From Terriglobia bacterium (GTDB taxonomy: Bacteria > Acidobacteriota > Terriglobia > 20CM-2-55-15), in assembly GCA_965198225.1 (NCBI GenBank), contig CBDAOY010000002.1:1-64000 (forward strand): a DNA stretch of 64,000 nt, read 5' to 3'. The notes under the pieces were generated by a model. That model was not told where the DNA came from and did not search any database. It worked only from the letters and a program-made list of their open reading frames with translations. Positions 1 through 8,809 of this stretch are shown one piece after another. The stretch's first letter is position 1, and each line of letters begins with the position of its first letter. Made by a program: the position numbers and the translations under genes.

Positions 1-180
1 GGAATCCGCCACAATCAGTCCTACTGTGACGCCGATCAACCCCAACGGAATGGTCAGCAGGATGATCAGCGTCCTTCGCACCGAATTGAACTGGCCGATC
101 AGGAGTAGGAGGATGATCAAGCCCCCGACCGGCATCTGCACCGCGACGGATTGACCGGCTTTCACCGAAGTCTCCAGCTC
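1..180 (-). pseudogene. In-frame continuation of the RND permease beyond a premature TGA; runs off the window edge
   Basis: Reading on past TGA (181-183) gives ELETSVKAGQSVAVQMPVGGLIILLLLIGQFNSVRRTLIILLTIPLGLIGVTVGL, the typical start of the second TM bundle of AcrB-family proteins. Confidence 0.85.
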
Positions 181-2730
181 TCACCCGTATTCGTAGAAAT
201 AGCCGATGGGCCAGGTCGTCTGCTGCTCTGCCAGGCCGGGCTCGATCTGGTCCGTGATCATCTGTGCGGTCACCCCAGGGAGGGTGCCCGCGTAGACGGT
301 GACCGTCTTGAGTCGGTTTCGCCGAAGGATACGGGCGGGTTCCCAGTCGACGCTCACATCCGCGACCTGTTTGAGCGGTACCGAGCGTCCGGTGACCTGG
401 GAGTAGACGTTAAGGCTGTCCAGCTTGCCCACGTCCTGCCGGTCCGCAGCCACAGAACGCAGGGTCACGGGAATGATCTCGTTCTCTTCCCGGTAGTCGG
501 TGGTGTCGAAACCGCTGAGAACCGTCTGGAGCGAGATGGCAACGTCCTGGTTGGTCACTCCCGCACGTTGTGCCCGCGGCTCGTTGATCTTGACGACAAG
601 CTTCTTCGTCCGCTGGCCCCAGTCATCGCCGACATCTTTGGCCCCTGGAATGGAAGCGAGTTCTGATTTGACCTGTTCGACGAGCGGAAAGAGGACATCG
701 GTACGTTCGCCCGACAGCCGTATCTCGACGGGGTGTTCGAGCGGCGGCCCCAGTTGCAGGGGCTGGATCGTCGCCTTCAGGTCGGGGAAACGATCCAGGC
801 AGAATGCCTCGATCTTCTGGATCGCACCGGGAATCTCATCTGCCGACGTCGTGTTCAGGATCATGAACGAATACTCGGGGCTCGGCTGTTCGGGACCGTA
901 GGACAAAACGAATCGGGGCGCGCCCCGACCGATATAGGACGACCAGTTCGTCACGCCTTCGGTCCGGTTCTCATCGACCATCAATTCCTGGCGGATGAAG
1001 GCGTCTATTTCCTGGACAACCTCCTCGCTGCGTTCGATGGCACGTCCCAGCGGCAGTTCCAGCTCAGCCGTAAGCATCGGCGTGTCCGACAGCGGGAAGA
1101 AGATATTGGGCACGCGACCCAATCCGTTCAGGGCGACAGCAAAGATCACGACGACTCCGGCAACCGAAACGTACGGATGGCGCACCAGTAGCAGCAACGT
1201 CCCGCGATATGTGCGGTAAGAAAGGGAGTTGAATCGGGCTCCTTCCGGCTCGGATTTGACCTTGAGGAACAACACACACAGCATGGGTATCATCGTGAGC
1301 GTCAGGATCCATGACGCCAGCAGCGTGATCGTCACGACTTTGAATATCGGGGAGACGTACTCGCCGGTTGTCGATTGCGCGAGGTAGGTCGGCAGGAAGG
1401 CTGCGGCCGTGGTCAGCGAGGAGGTCAGCAGCGGGATCCGGAGCTCCCGAGCGGAATCGACTGCGGCCTCGATGCGGCCTTTACCCGCAGCCATCTGGAC
1501 CATGATGGACTCCGCCATCACGATCGCATTGTCCACAAGCAAACCGAGAGAGATGATCAACGCGGCCAGAGACATCTGATCAAGCCAGATATCCAGGAAC
1601 GACATGACCATCAGGCTCATGATCATGGCGGTAGGAATCAGGGTGGCAACGGTCAGGCCCGTCCGCAGACCCAACATCAGCAACATCACGACAACGACGA
1701 TGCCGATCGCCTGATACACGTTGCCGATGAAGTTCCGAACCTTCCGGTCGACCACCTGGGGCTGAAAAGCCACGATGTCGAAGTCGATGCCGATTGGATA
1801 GGCCGTCCGGATCCGATCCAGCAACCCGCGCACTTCGTCACCCAGAGCGATGATATTGCCGCCCTCCCGCATCGAAATAGCCAGCCCCAGACCCTCTCTC
1901 CCGGAGGTCGTGAGCTTGGTGGTCGGAGGATCGACGTAGCCTCGATAGACCGAGGCCAGATCCTCCAAGAACGCCAGGTCCGACCGGCCGGGCAGTGTTA
2001 TCACGGTGCGGCCCAGGTCCTCGACGGACTCGAAGTTTCCCGAGGGTTCCAGCGAAATGCGCTCTATTCCCGTGTTGACATTCCCTCCGGGGATGATGAT
2101 GTTCCGGTTCTGGAGGATGTTGCGGAGTTGGAGAGGCGACAGGCCGAGCTCGGCGAGCCTCGCGTTGTTGTACTCGACAAACACGCGCTCCTCCTGGGCG
2201 CCGTAGATGTCGACCTTGGCGACAAGATCGATCCGAAGGAGCAAATCCCGTACTTGATCCGCAATTTCCTTGACTTCGGCATAGCTGAAGTCGTCCCCGG
2301 TCACGGTGACGATGATTCCGAAAATGTCTCCAAACTCGTCGTTAACCAGCGGGCCGATGATTCCGTCGGGTAGTTCCGGCCTCGCCCGGTCGACCTTCCG
2401 CCTCAGGCTGTCCCAGATGGGACGCATGTCGCGGTAGCGTTCCTGGATGTTGACGTTGATGATCGAAACCCCCGTTTTCGACTGGCTTCTGATGAAGTCC
2501 AGCTCGGGAATTTCCTGAATCACCTCCTCCAGCTTGTCGGTGATCAGCATCTCGACGCGTTCCGGACTCGCGCCCGGGAATTGGGTCACCACGACCGCGG
2601 TCCGAATGACGAATCCAGGATCCTCCGCGCGAGGCATGTTGAGGTAGCCCGACACGCCGGAGACCAGAATCACGATGAGCGCGACGACCGTGATGCGATT
2701 CTTTTCGATAGCAATTCGAGTGATGTCCAC
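181..2730 (-). CDS. AcrB/AcrD/AcrF-family RND efflux permease, truncated by an in-frame TGA
   Basis: N-terminal TM; FPGASPERVE; SLGLLVDNAIV proton-relay motif; SSLTT; NIFFP. Only 849 aa before the stop. Confidence 0.92.
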   Translation of the reverse strand: MDITRIAIEKNRITVVALIVILVSGVSGYLNMPRAEDPGFVIRTAVVVTQFPGASPERVEMLITDKLEEVIQEIPELDFIRSQSKTGVSIINVNIQERYRDMRPIWDSLRRKVDRARPELPDGIIGPLVNDEFGDIFGIIVTVTGDDFSYAEVKEIADQVRDLLLRIDLVAKVDIYGAQEERVFVEYNNARLAELGLSPLQLRNILQNRNIIIPGGNVNTGIERISLEPSGNFESVEDLGRTVITLPGRSDLAFLEDLASVYRGYVDPPTTKLTTSGREGLGLAISMREGGNIIALGDEVRGLLDRIRTAYPIGIDFDIVAFQPQVVDRKVRNFIGNVYQAIGIVVVVMLLMLGLRTGLTVATLIPTAMIMSLMVMSFLDIWLDQMSLAALIISLGLLVDNAIVMAESIMVQMAAGKGRIEAAVDSARELRIPLLTSSLTTAAAFLPTYLAQSTTGEYVSPIFKVVTITLLASWILTLTMIPMLCVLFLKVKSEPEGARFNSLSYRTYRGTLLLLVRHPYVSVAGVVVIFAVALNGLGRVPNIFFPLSDTPMLTAELELPLGRAIERSEEVVQEIDAFIRQELMVDENRTEGVTNWSSYIGRGAPRFVLSYGPEQPSPEYSFMILNTTSADEIPGAIQKIEAFCLDRFPDLKATIQPLQLGPPLEHPVEIRLSGERTDVLFPLVEQVKSELASIPGAKDVGDDWGQRTKKLVVKINEPRAQRAGVTNQDVAISLQTVLSGFDTTDYREENEIIPVTLRSVAADRQDVGKLDSLNVYSQVTGRSVPLKQVADVSVDWEPARILRRNRLKTVTVYAGTLPGVTAQMITDQIEPGLAEQQTTWPIGYFYEYG

Positions 2731-2733
2731 GGG

Positions 2734-3843
2734 TCAACTCCCGTTCGACGGCTGAATGCGGACCGACTGGCCGTCGCCGATCCGGTTCACGCCGGCGGTA
2801 ACGACGAGCTCGCCTTCTCTGAGTCCCTCCAGCACTTCGAGTCCTTCAGAAACGAGCTCACCGACGCGAACGGAGGTCCGATGCACCCGGCCGAGGCCGG
2901 CTCCCTGATCCTCGACGATATAGACGTAGTTGCCCTCGCCGTCCTCCGCTACAGCCTGGGCCGGGACCACGATGCGTTCAATCGCATCGCCGGCGCCGAA
3001 AAGAAAGCTCGCCTCGACGGCCATACCCGGCAGGATCCTGGCGTCGTCCCGGGTCAGACGGGCCACCACGGGGAATGTCGTCGCGGACCTCGTGGGGGAA
3101 ACCCCGACTTCAGTAACGATCGCCGAGAAGCTCGCTTCGGGAAGAGCGTCGAGGCGTACCGTCACGCGGCTGCCGTCCCGAACCTGGGAAATCAGACTCT
3201 CCGGAACCGCGACCTCGACTTCCGGCGTCGCTCCTGAATTGATCACGACGACCGCCGCTCCCGTGTTTACATTTTCGTTCACCTCGACCGCAACCTCCGC
3301 GATCGCACCGTCCACGCCCGAGAGGAGCTCGCAGTAAGACAACTGCAGTTCGGCGAGTTCGAGCCTTTTCTCGATGGACCGGACGGTTGCCTCCATCGAT
3401 TCTGCAGCCGTCAGAGCCGCGTCCATGTCGTCCCGTGAAACATTGTTGTTCTCGTAAAGACCCCGGATACGTTCGAGATCGGCAAGGGCATTGCGTGCCT
3501 GTGCCCGGGCCTGCGCCAGCGACGCTTCAACGTCTTCGACCTGCAGTTCGTAGTCTCTCGGGTCCAGCCTCGCGATCAGCTGCCCGGCGCGCACGCGGTC
3601 TCCGACCTCGACTGCGACTTCCTGCACCGTGCCGGGTATCTTGAAGCTCATGGTGATTTCCGCACCGGCCCGGGCGGTTCCCGAAAAGATGCGCTCCCGC
3701 GCACCGCCGATCATGAACACCCGTTGGTAGCGGACCGGGCGGATCACCGGTTCCGGAGGCGGAGGCGCCTCTGACGGCTGGCACCCGGACAGAAGGACTC
3801 CGATCGTAGCAATGCTCGCCACACTTGTTCGAATCGTCATCAT
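2734..3843 (-). CDS. RND periplasmic adaptor (membrane fusion protein), lipoprotein
   Basis: Lipobox LLSGC; lipoyl-like VEVGDRVRAGQLIARLD; coiled hairpin; LPGM; GLREGELVVTAG; lies directly upstream of the RND permease. Confidence 0.93.
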   Translation of the reverse strand: MMTIRTSVASIATIGVLLSGCQPSEAPPPPEPVIRPVRYQRVFMIGGARERIFSGTARAGAEITMSFKIPGTVQEVAVEVGDRVRAGQLIARLDPRDYELQVEDVEASLAQARAQARNALADLERIRGLYENNNVSRDDMDAALTAAESMEATVRSIEKRLELAELQLSYCELLSGVDGAIAEVAVEVNENVNTGAAVVVINSGATPEVEVAVPESLISQVRDGSRVTVRLDALPEASFSAIVTEVGVSPTRSATTFPVVARLTRDDARILPGMAVEASFLFGAGDAIERIVVPAQAVAEDGEGNYVYIVEDQGAGLGRVHRTSVRVGELVSEGLEVLEGLREGELVVTAGVNRIGDGQSVRIQPSNGS

Positions 3844-3875
3844 TTTTTCCCTCGGCTACTCCGTGGAACTCTCAT

Positions 3876-6293
3876 CTATCGGGGTGTCACCGGGTAGCCG
3901 GCGGCTTCGTAGAAGCTGTTCAGCCTGCCGAGAAACTCGCGCTCCTGTTCGGAGGCCACAAAAAAATCGAAACGACCGACGGCGCGCTCGACTTCCATGA
4001 GATCGATGAGGAAGCTGTGGATCGAGTTCGCGGCGACGAGCTCGGCCACCAGAGCGGCATTCTGTGCATCCAGGAGGTCGAGAATATCGAGGACCCCCTG
4101 GGCGTAGGCATCTGCGACGAGGTCCAGATTGTTCCTGGCTGCGTCAGCAGCATCCTGCGAGAGTTCGATTCCAGCCCACGAGGCCATCGCCGAATGTAGC
4201 GTCGACCGTGTTCTCTGTTCGACACGTTCCTGAACGCTTTCTCTATCCAGCAGCAGTCGTGCCAGCTCTTCTTCGGCCTGCCCACGTTCGGCCCGGCGTC
4301 CACCCCCTGTGTAGAGTGGAAGGCTGGCGCCAAATCCGAGGTTCCAGTTGACGTTGCCGATGCCCGGAATAGCGAGCCCGGGAAAAGAAGGCAACGCGCT
4401 GGACCCGATCTGAGTGAAGGTGCTGATCTCGGCCTGCGCGCTCAACTCGGGGAGGTAAAACGACCGTTCGGTCGCCAGCAGAGCCCGACGCTGCGCGGCT
4501 ATGGCGGCATCCAGTCTCTTCAGTTCAGGTGACGCATCAAAAGCTTCCTGAACCATGAAATCCCGGAACACGTCAAAGAGGCCGTAGTTGTTGATGTAGG
4601 GTGACAGACGCTGGAAGCTGGAGATGATCTCGGGATCATCCAGCGTCGCTTCGGCGGTCGAAAAGGATTCTTCGAGTGGTCGATGTAGTATTCGATTCAA
4701 CACCATCTCTGCCTGGTTGCGGACGGCGCTGGCGTCGATCACTTCCCTCCGGTTGTTGGCAATCTGGTTTTCCCACCGATAGACCTCCGCCGCACTGGCC
4801 GCGCCCAGCCGCTGTCTCGAGCGGGCAAGCTCCAGGTTCGTCCGCGTCAGCCTCAAGTTGTCCTTCCGGACACGTTCCACAGTCTTCGAAGCCAACACGT
4901 TGAGGTACGCGACGGCGGCGTCCCGGATCACGTCCAGACGAAGCCCGTCGCGTTCCTGCTCCCGCGACACCTGCAGGTGCCGCTCGATGTCCAGACCGGC
5001 ACGCACCTGCTCGGAATAGATGACCTGGCTGACACCGATCGATCCGGCATACGTCTGTCGCCCGACAGAGCCGAAGCCCGCTTGTGCTCGATCCTTGTCG
5101 ATCACACTACCGGAGGACCCCACTCCGATTCGCGGGAACAGATCCGACCGCGCGCGACGGATGCGTTCGAGTCCGCCCGTAATAATCCTCTCGGCGGCCG
5201 CAAGATCCCGGTTCGCGAATACGGCCTCGTGCGCTGCCGATGCTAACGAAACCTGCCGTCCGGCATCGGTTCGATCCTCTTCGTTCAACAGCTCGGCTTC
5301 GGTGATCATCCCCCACGACGGAAAGAAGCCGATCGCCCTTGCGGTCGACATGTTGATCGTCAATCGCTCCCCTCGCTCGAAGTCCACCGGAAACTCCGAC
5401 GGATCCTCGCCGAGCAGAATCCGCTGGACGTTCAAGGCAATCCGACGCGCGATCCGCAGATAGTCCAGATCCAAACCCAGCGCGGACAGCAGGCCTCTTT
5501 CGACCTCGCTGCGTCCCCACATCGAAAAGCTCGGTATCCTGCGCTCGATCAGACCGTCGACCAGGAGTTCGAATTCTCCCGGGCCGAGCTGAAGCAGAGG
5601 TGCGACGTAGACTGCTTCGGTGTCGGCGGGAATCGCCTGGAGCGCTTCAGAAGCGGATCGACGCACGGCGACGACGCTGTGTTCGACGTCAAGGCCCGCC
5701 AGAGCACCCGTCAGCCGATCTTCGAGCTCCGGAATGGCCTCGCTGAGACCAAGGCTAGTGAGGAACGTAAGCTTCTTGAAGGGAACGATTTCCCGGAAAA
5801 ACCGCAACTCCCGTTGGACGTCGGTCCCGACCACGACGTAGCTCAGGTTCGCCACGCCGCTGATTGGTCGCCCCAGTTCGGGATCGAATCGAATCGGAAT
5901 TCCCTGAAGCTCGGCGTCGATGACGAAGGCGGCCAGGGCTGGCTTCGGGAGTGTCCCCCGACGCGCCACGTTGTTCGAGGATCGCGGTCCGAGGGCGAGG
6001 AGAATATCTACCTCAGGGTCGGACAGGAGGCGATCGATACCCTCGCGGATCCCGTCAGCGGACCAGTCCGCTTCGATACGCTTCTCGGCCGGGAAGCTGA
6101 CGTCGAAAGCCCGGCCAAGGAGGTTCGATATTTCGTTCTCGAAGGCTACCCGGATTTCGTCGTTGCGCTCCCAGGGACCGTCCTGAACGATGCCGATTCG
6201 AACCACCGGAGATTGGGCACCCAACGAGCCGGTACCGATCAGGCTCAGGGCAATCAGAAACAAGAAACGAACGGTGTGTGAGCGATCTAGCAT
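3876..6293 (-). CDS. TolC-family outer membrane factor with an N-terminal ABC-type substrate-binding-like domain
   Basis: Signal peptide after MLDRSH. The first ~330 aa end in ILLGEDPSEFPV...LTINMSTARAIG (ABC_sub_bind-like). C-terminal OEP repeats: DAAVAYLNVL, ASLPLYTGG, YAQGVLDILDLLDAQ. Confidence 0.85.
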   Translation of the reverse strand: MLDRSHTVRFLFLIALSLIGTGSLGAQSPVVRIGIVQDGPWERNDEIRVAFENEISNLLGRAFDVSFPAEKRIEADWSADGIREGIDRLLSDPEVDILLALGPRSSNNVARRGTLPKPALAAFVIDAELQGIPIRFDPELGRPISGVANLSYVVVGTDVQRELRFFREIVPFKKLTFLTSLGLSEAIPELEDRLTGALAGLDVEHSVVAVRRSASEALQAIPADTEAVYVAPLLQLGPGEFELLVDGLIERRIPSFSMWGRSEVERGLLSALGLDLDYLRIARRIALNVQRILLGEDPSEFPVDFERGERLTINMSTARAIGFFPSWGMITEAELLNEEDRTDAGRQVSLASAAHEAVFANRDLAAAERIITGGLERIRRARSDLFPRIGVGSSGSVIDKDRAQAGFGSVGRQTYAGSIGVSQVIYSEQVRAGLDIERHLQVSREQERDGLRLDVIRDAAVAYLNVLASKTVERVRKDNLRLTRTNLELARSRQRLGAASAAEVYRWENQIANNRREVIDASAVRNQAEMVLNRILHRPLEESFSTAEATLDDPEIISSFQRLSPYINNYGLFDVFRDFMVQEAFDASPELKRLDAAIAAQRRALLATERSFYLPELSAQAEISTFTQIGSSALPSFPGLAIPGIGNVNWNLGFGASLPLYTGGGRRAERGQAEEELARLLLDRESVQERVEQRTRSTLHSAMASWAGIELSQDAADAARNNLDLVADAYAQGVLDILDLLDAQNAALVAELVAANSIHSFLIDLMEVERAVGRFDFFVASEQEREFLGRLNSFYEAAGYPVTPR

Positions 6294-6634
6294 TTTTCTC
6301 CCCCAGATGAACAGAAGACAGCCACTCCTGTTGTCCGGCCTCAGGCTATCGGACATGTTCCGCGTCAGCGATACCGAGAGCTGTCTTGTGAGTCAGTGTC
6401 CCATCTTATGAGTCTTCTCTTGCCGAGTTAAGGAAAACTGAGAACGAACGCAGCTGTCTTGTAAACATCGACCTGCCGGACTCTCAACGAAAAGGCTGTG
6501 TAGCGGGCATGGAGCTCGACTCTGTACGAGGGCACGATTTGTTGCCGGCAATATGTGGCAGCGTTATCTTTACGCGTGAAGTCGGCATTGAATCGACACA
6601 GGGCAGAGTTCTTGAACATGGAGGCCAAAGGCTA

Positions 6635-8629
6635 ATGAAGAGCATAAGGGCGCTGATTACAGGAACCCTCGTCGCGTTAACGGCTTGCGCGCCGCAAAAC
6701 GACGCAACCAGCGTCGAGCCGCTCAGCACGACGGAGCCGGTGGCGCAACGCACAACAGAAACGGGCCTTTCGACGTCATTAGCGCCCGCGAACCCGTTCG
6801 AAGCTTTTGGCAGGGCCGACGGCGATCGCAGTTTTCATGCGGACATCGTGTTCTATGAGACCGTCCTGTCTTACGGTCCAATCGCCGACCCCCGTGCGCT
6901 GTTCCTTCTGTCGAACGCGTACATCGTGGCTGATCAGCAGGAGTACGGAATCTCGTTTCTCGAACGAGTGCTCAGCCGCTACGAAGACAGTATGTCGGAC
7001 GACATGCGTGCCGTTCATTTGTCGGCTTACGCACTCTTGCGCGCGACGTATGCGGATCGCGTTCCGATTCCCGGTCGTATCTTCTGGGTACTGGATACGT
7101 TTGAGATCCTGGAAGAAGCGGTCGCTCTATCCGGGGCCAATCCTCTTGTCCATTGGTCGGCGGGCCTGATCTACGCCCAGGTCCCGGGGTTTTTCGGCAA
7201 GAGAGACGACGCGAAATCGGAGCTTCTCTGGCTCGTCGAACATCCTGAGCTGGAGCCGACGCCGGGATTCTACCGGGAAGCGTACCGCTTCCTGTCCAGG
7301 CTTTACGCCGAAGACGGCGAGACCGAGCTGGCCGAGCAGTATTTCAGGAAGAGCGGCTACGAAGAGTACGAACCTGAGACCCTCTTCTCGGGCTGGTTTG
7401 CGACGACCAGGGACAAGGGACTGCGATTTTCACCGAGACCCTGGGTCGAAGAGATCGTTCCGGATCGCCTCTACGCTGTGCGCGGTTTCGGCTTTTCCGA
7501 TCTGCATTTCATCGTCGCCGCCGACGGCCGAGAGCTGGTCTTGATCGATGCCGGCACGCAGCCCTACAGCATGGAAGAAGCCTATGAACATCTGTTAGAT
7601 CGATATCCGGACCTACCTCCGCTGACAACGGTCTTCGTCACGCATGCTCACTGGGATCATGTCGGCGGTTTTACTTACCTCAAATCGTTGGAAGGCGAAG
7701 TCACGTTCTATGGGCGTGGTAACTACGGCGGAACCGTCGATCGAGCCCTGCGCAACCACACCTACAAGCAGTTCCGAGGCGAAGGCTTCCAGCACGAATG
7801 GGTAAGCGCCTACGAACCGGATGTCGTGGTCGACGACCTCACGGAGGTCTCGGTCGGGAACACGGTTTTCGAGCTCGTTCCCGCCCTCGGCGGTGAAACG
7901 GAGGACACCCTGTTGATCCACGTGCCTGAGCTGGCCGTCGCATTCATGGGCGATGCGCTGATGCCCTTCTACGGGGAGCCATGGGTCGAAGAAGGATTCG
8001 TCGAGGAGGCCATGGATACGATGGACGCAATCCTTCGTCGCCGGCCTCAGAAGATCCTCCACGGCCATGTCGGAATCACGGTTCTATACGGAGAGCTGCA
8101 GCAACTCGAGGCTTACAGGGTCGCTTATGAGTGGCTGGTCGGCGAGACACGAAGGCACCTCGAGAACGGCTATTCGGCAAAGGACATCATCCGCCTGAAC
8201 CTGATTCCGCCGGGCTTGCAGGATGAGCCACAGGCATTCTTCGGTTATGTCGCACCGCGGGACCATATCATCAATCGCATGGCGGACCACGCGACCGGAA
8301 TCTGGCGGGAAGATGTGACGGGCCGAGAACCAGAGGGGCTGGACGTGCTGACCTCGGTCGAGTACGGACGATTGCTGGAGCTCTATCTGGGTCTGTCCGC
8401 GGGAGAGGTCGAGGGCGCCCTGCGCCGGATGCTGCGTGGGGGCGATAACGAGCTGGCTCTACAGATTGCCGTGGCGGCAGAGGCGCGGTACCCGAACAGG
8501 GATGAGATCACACGCTTGAAGGAACAGGCCGCGGATCGCCTGCGAAGCGCGGGTCAGTACTTCGATCCCTTCAAGTTCGTGACCTACACGGAACTGATCG
8601 GCAAAGAGCACAAGGCCATCCCGGACTAG
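6635..8629 (+). CDS. MBL-fold metallo-hydrolase lipoprotein with a helical/TPR-like N-terminal region (alkylsulfatase-like)
   Basis: Lipobox ALTAC after ATG 6635 (GGAGG upstream); THAHWDH, GETED, MGD and LHGH metal motifs. Confidence 0.8.
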   Translation: MKSIRALITGTLVALTACAPQNDATSVEPLSTTEPVAQRTTETGLSTSLAPANPFEAFGRADGDRSFHADIVFYETVLSYGPIADPRALFLLSNAYIVADQQEYGISFLERVLSRYEDSMSDDMRAVHLSAYALLRATYADRVPIPGRIFWVLDTFEILEEAVALSGANPLVHWSAGLIYAQVPGFFGKRDDAKSELLWLVEHPELEPTPGFYREAYRFLSRLYAEDGETELAEQYFRKSGYEEYEPETLFSGWFATTRDKGLRFSPRPWVEEIVPDRLYAVRGFGFSDLHFIVAADGRELVLIDAGTQPYSMEEAYEHLLDRYPDLPPLTTVFVTHAHWDHVGGFTYLKSLEGEVTFYGRGNYGGTVDRALRNHTYKQFRGEGFQHEWVSAYEPDVVVDDLTEVSVGNTVFELVPALGGETEDTLLIHVPELAVAFMGDALMPFYGEPWVEEGFVEEAMDTMDAILRRRPQKILHGHVGITVLYGELQQLEAYRVAYEWLVGETRRHLENGYSAKDIIRLNLIPPGLQDEPQAFFGYVAPRDHIINRMADHATGIWREDVTGREPEGLDVLTSVEYGRLLELYLGLSAGEVEGALRRMLRGGDNELALQIAVAAEARYPNRDEITRLKEQAADRLRSAGQYFDPFKFVTYTELIGKEHKAIPD

Positions 8630-8792
8630 CAGGCTGCTGAAAAACTCCGTTTTTCGGCTGTCTGTGTCGCGGCATAGGATGTGCCGCCATTTTCGATGGC
8701 TGTAAGCCATTGAGAATGTGAGGCACCTGAGAATCACACTTCTCAGGTGACGTTGCTGAAAAAGCCACTGAGGGCTTTTTCAGCATCCTGCT
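8628..8792. mobile_element. Non-coding MITE-like element with 17-bp terminal inverted repeats
   Basis: AGCAGGCTGCTGAAAAA ... TTTTTCAGCATCCTGCT (1 mismatch); internal hairpin GCTGAAAAAGCC/GGCTTTTTCAGC; lies between convergent genes. Confidence 0.65.
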
Positions 8793-8809
8793 GGTGACCT
8801 GTAACAGTG

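Noticed and set aside
181-183. TGA recoding (Gly/Trp/Sec)
   Set aside because: eno, rnz, ruvA-adjacent BMC-P and other genes end properly at TGA; the position is a Gly, not a Cys, so selenocysteine is unlikely
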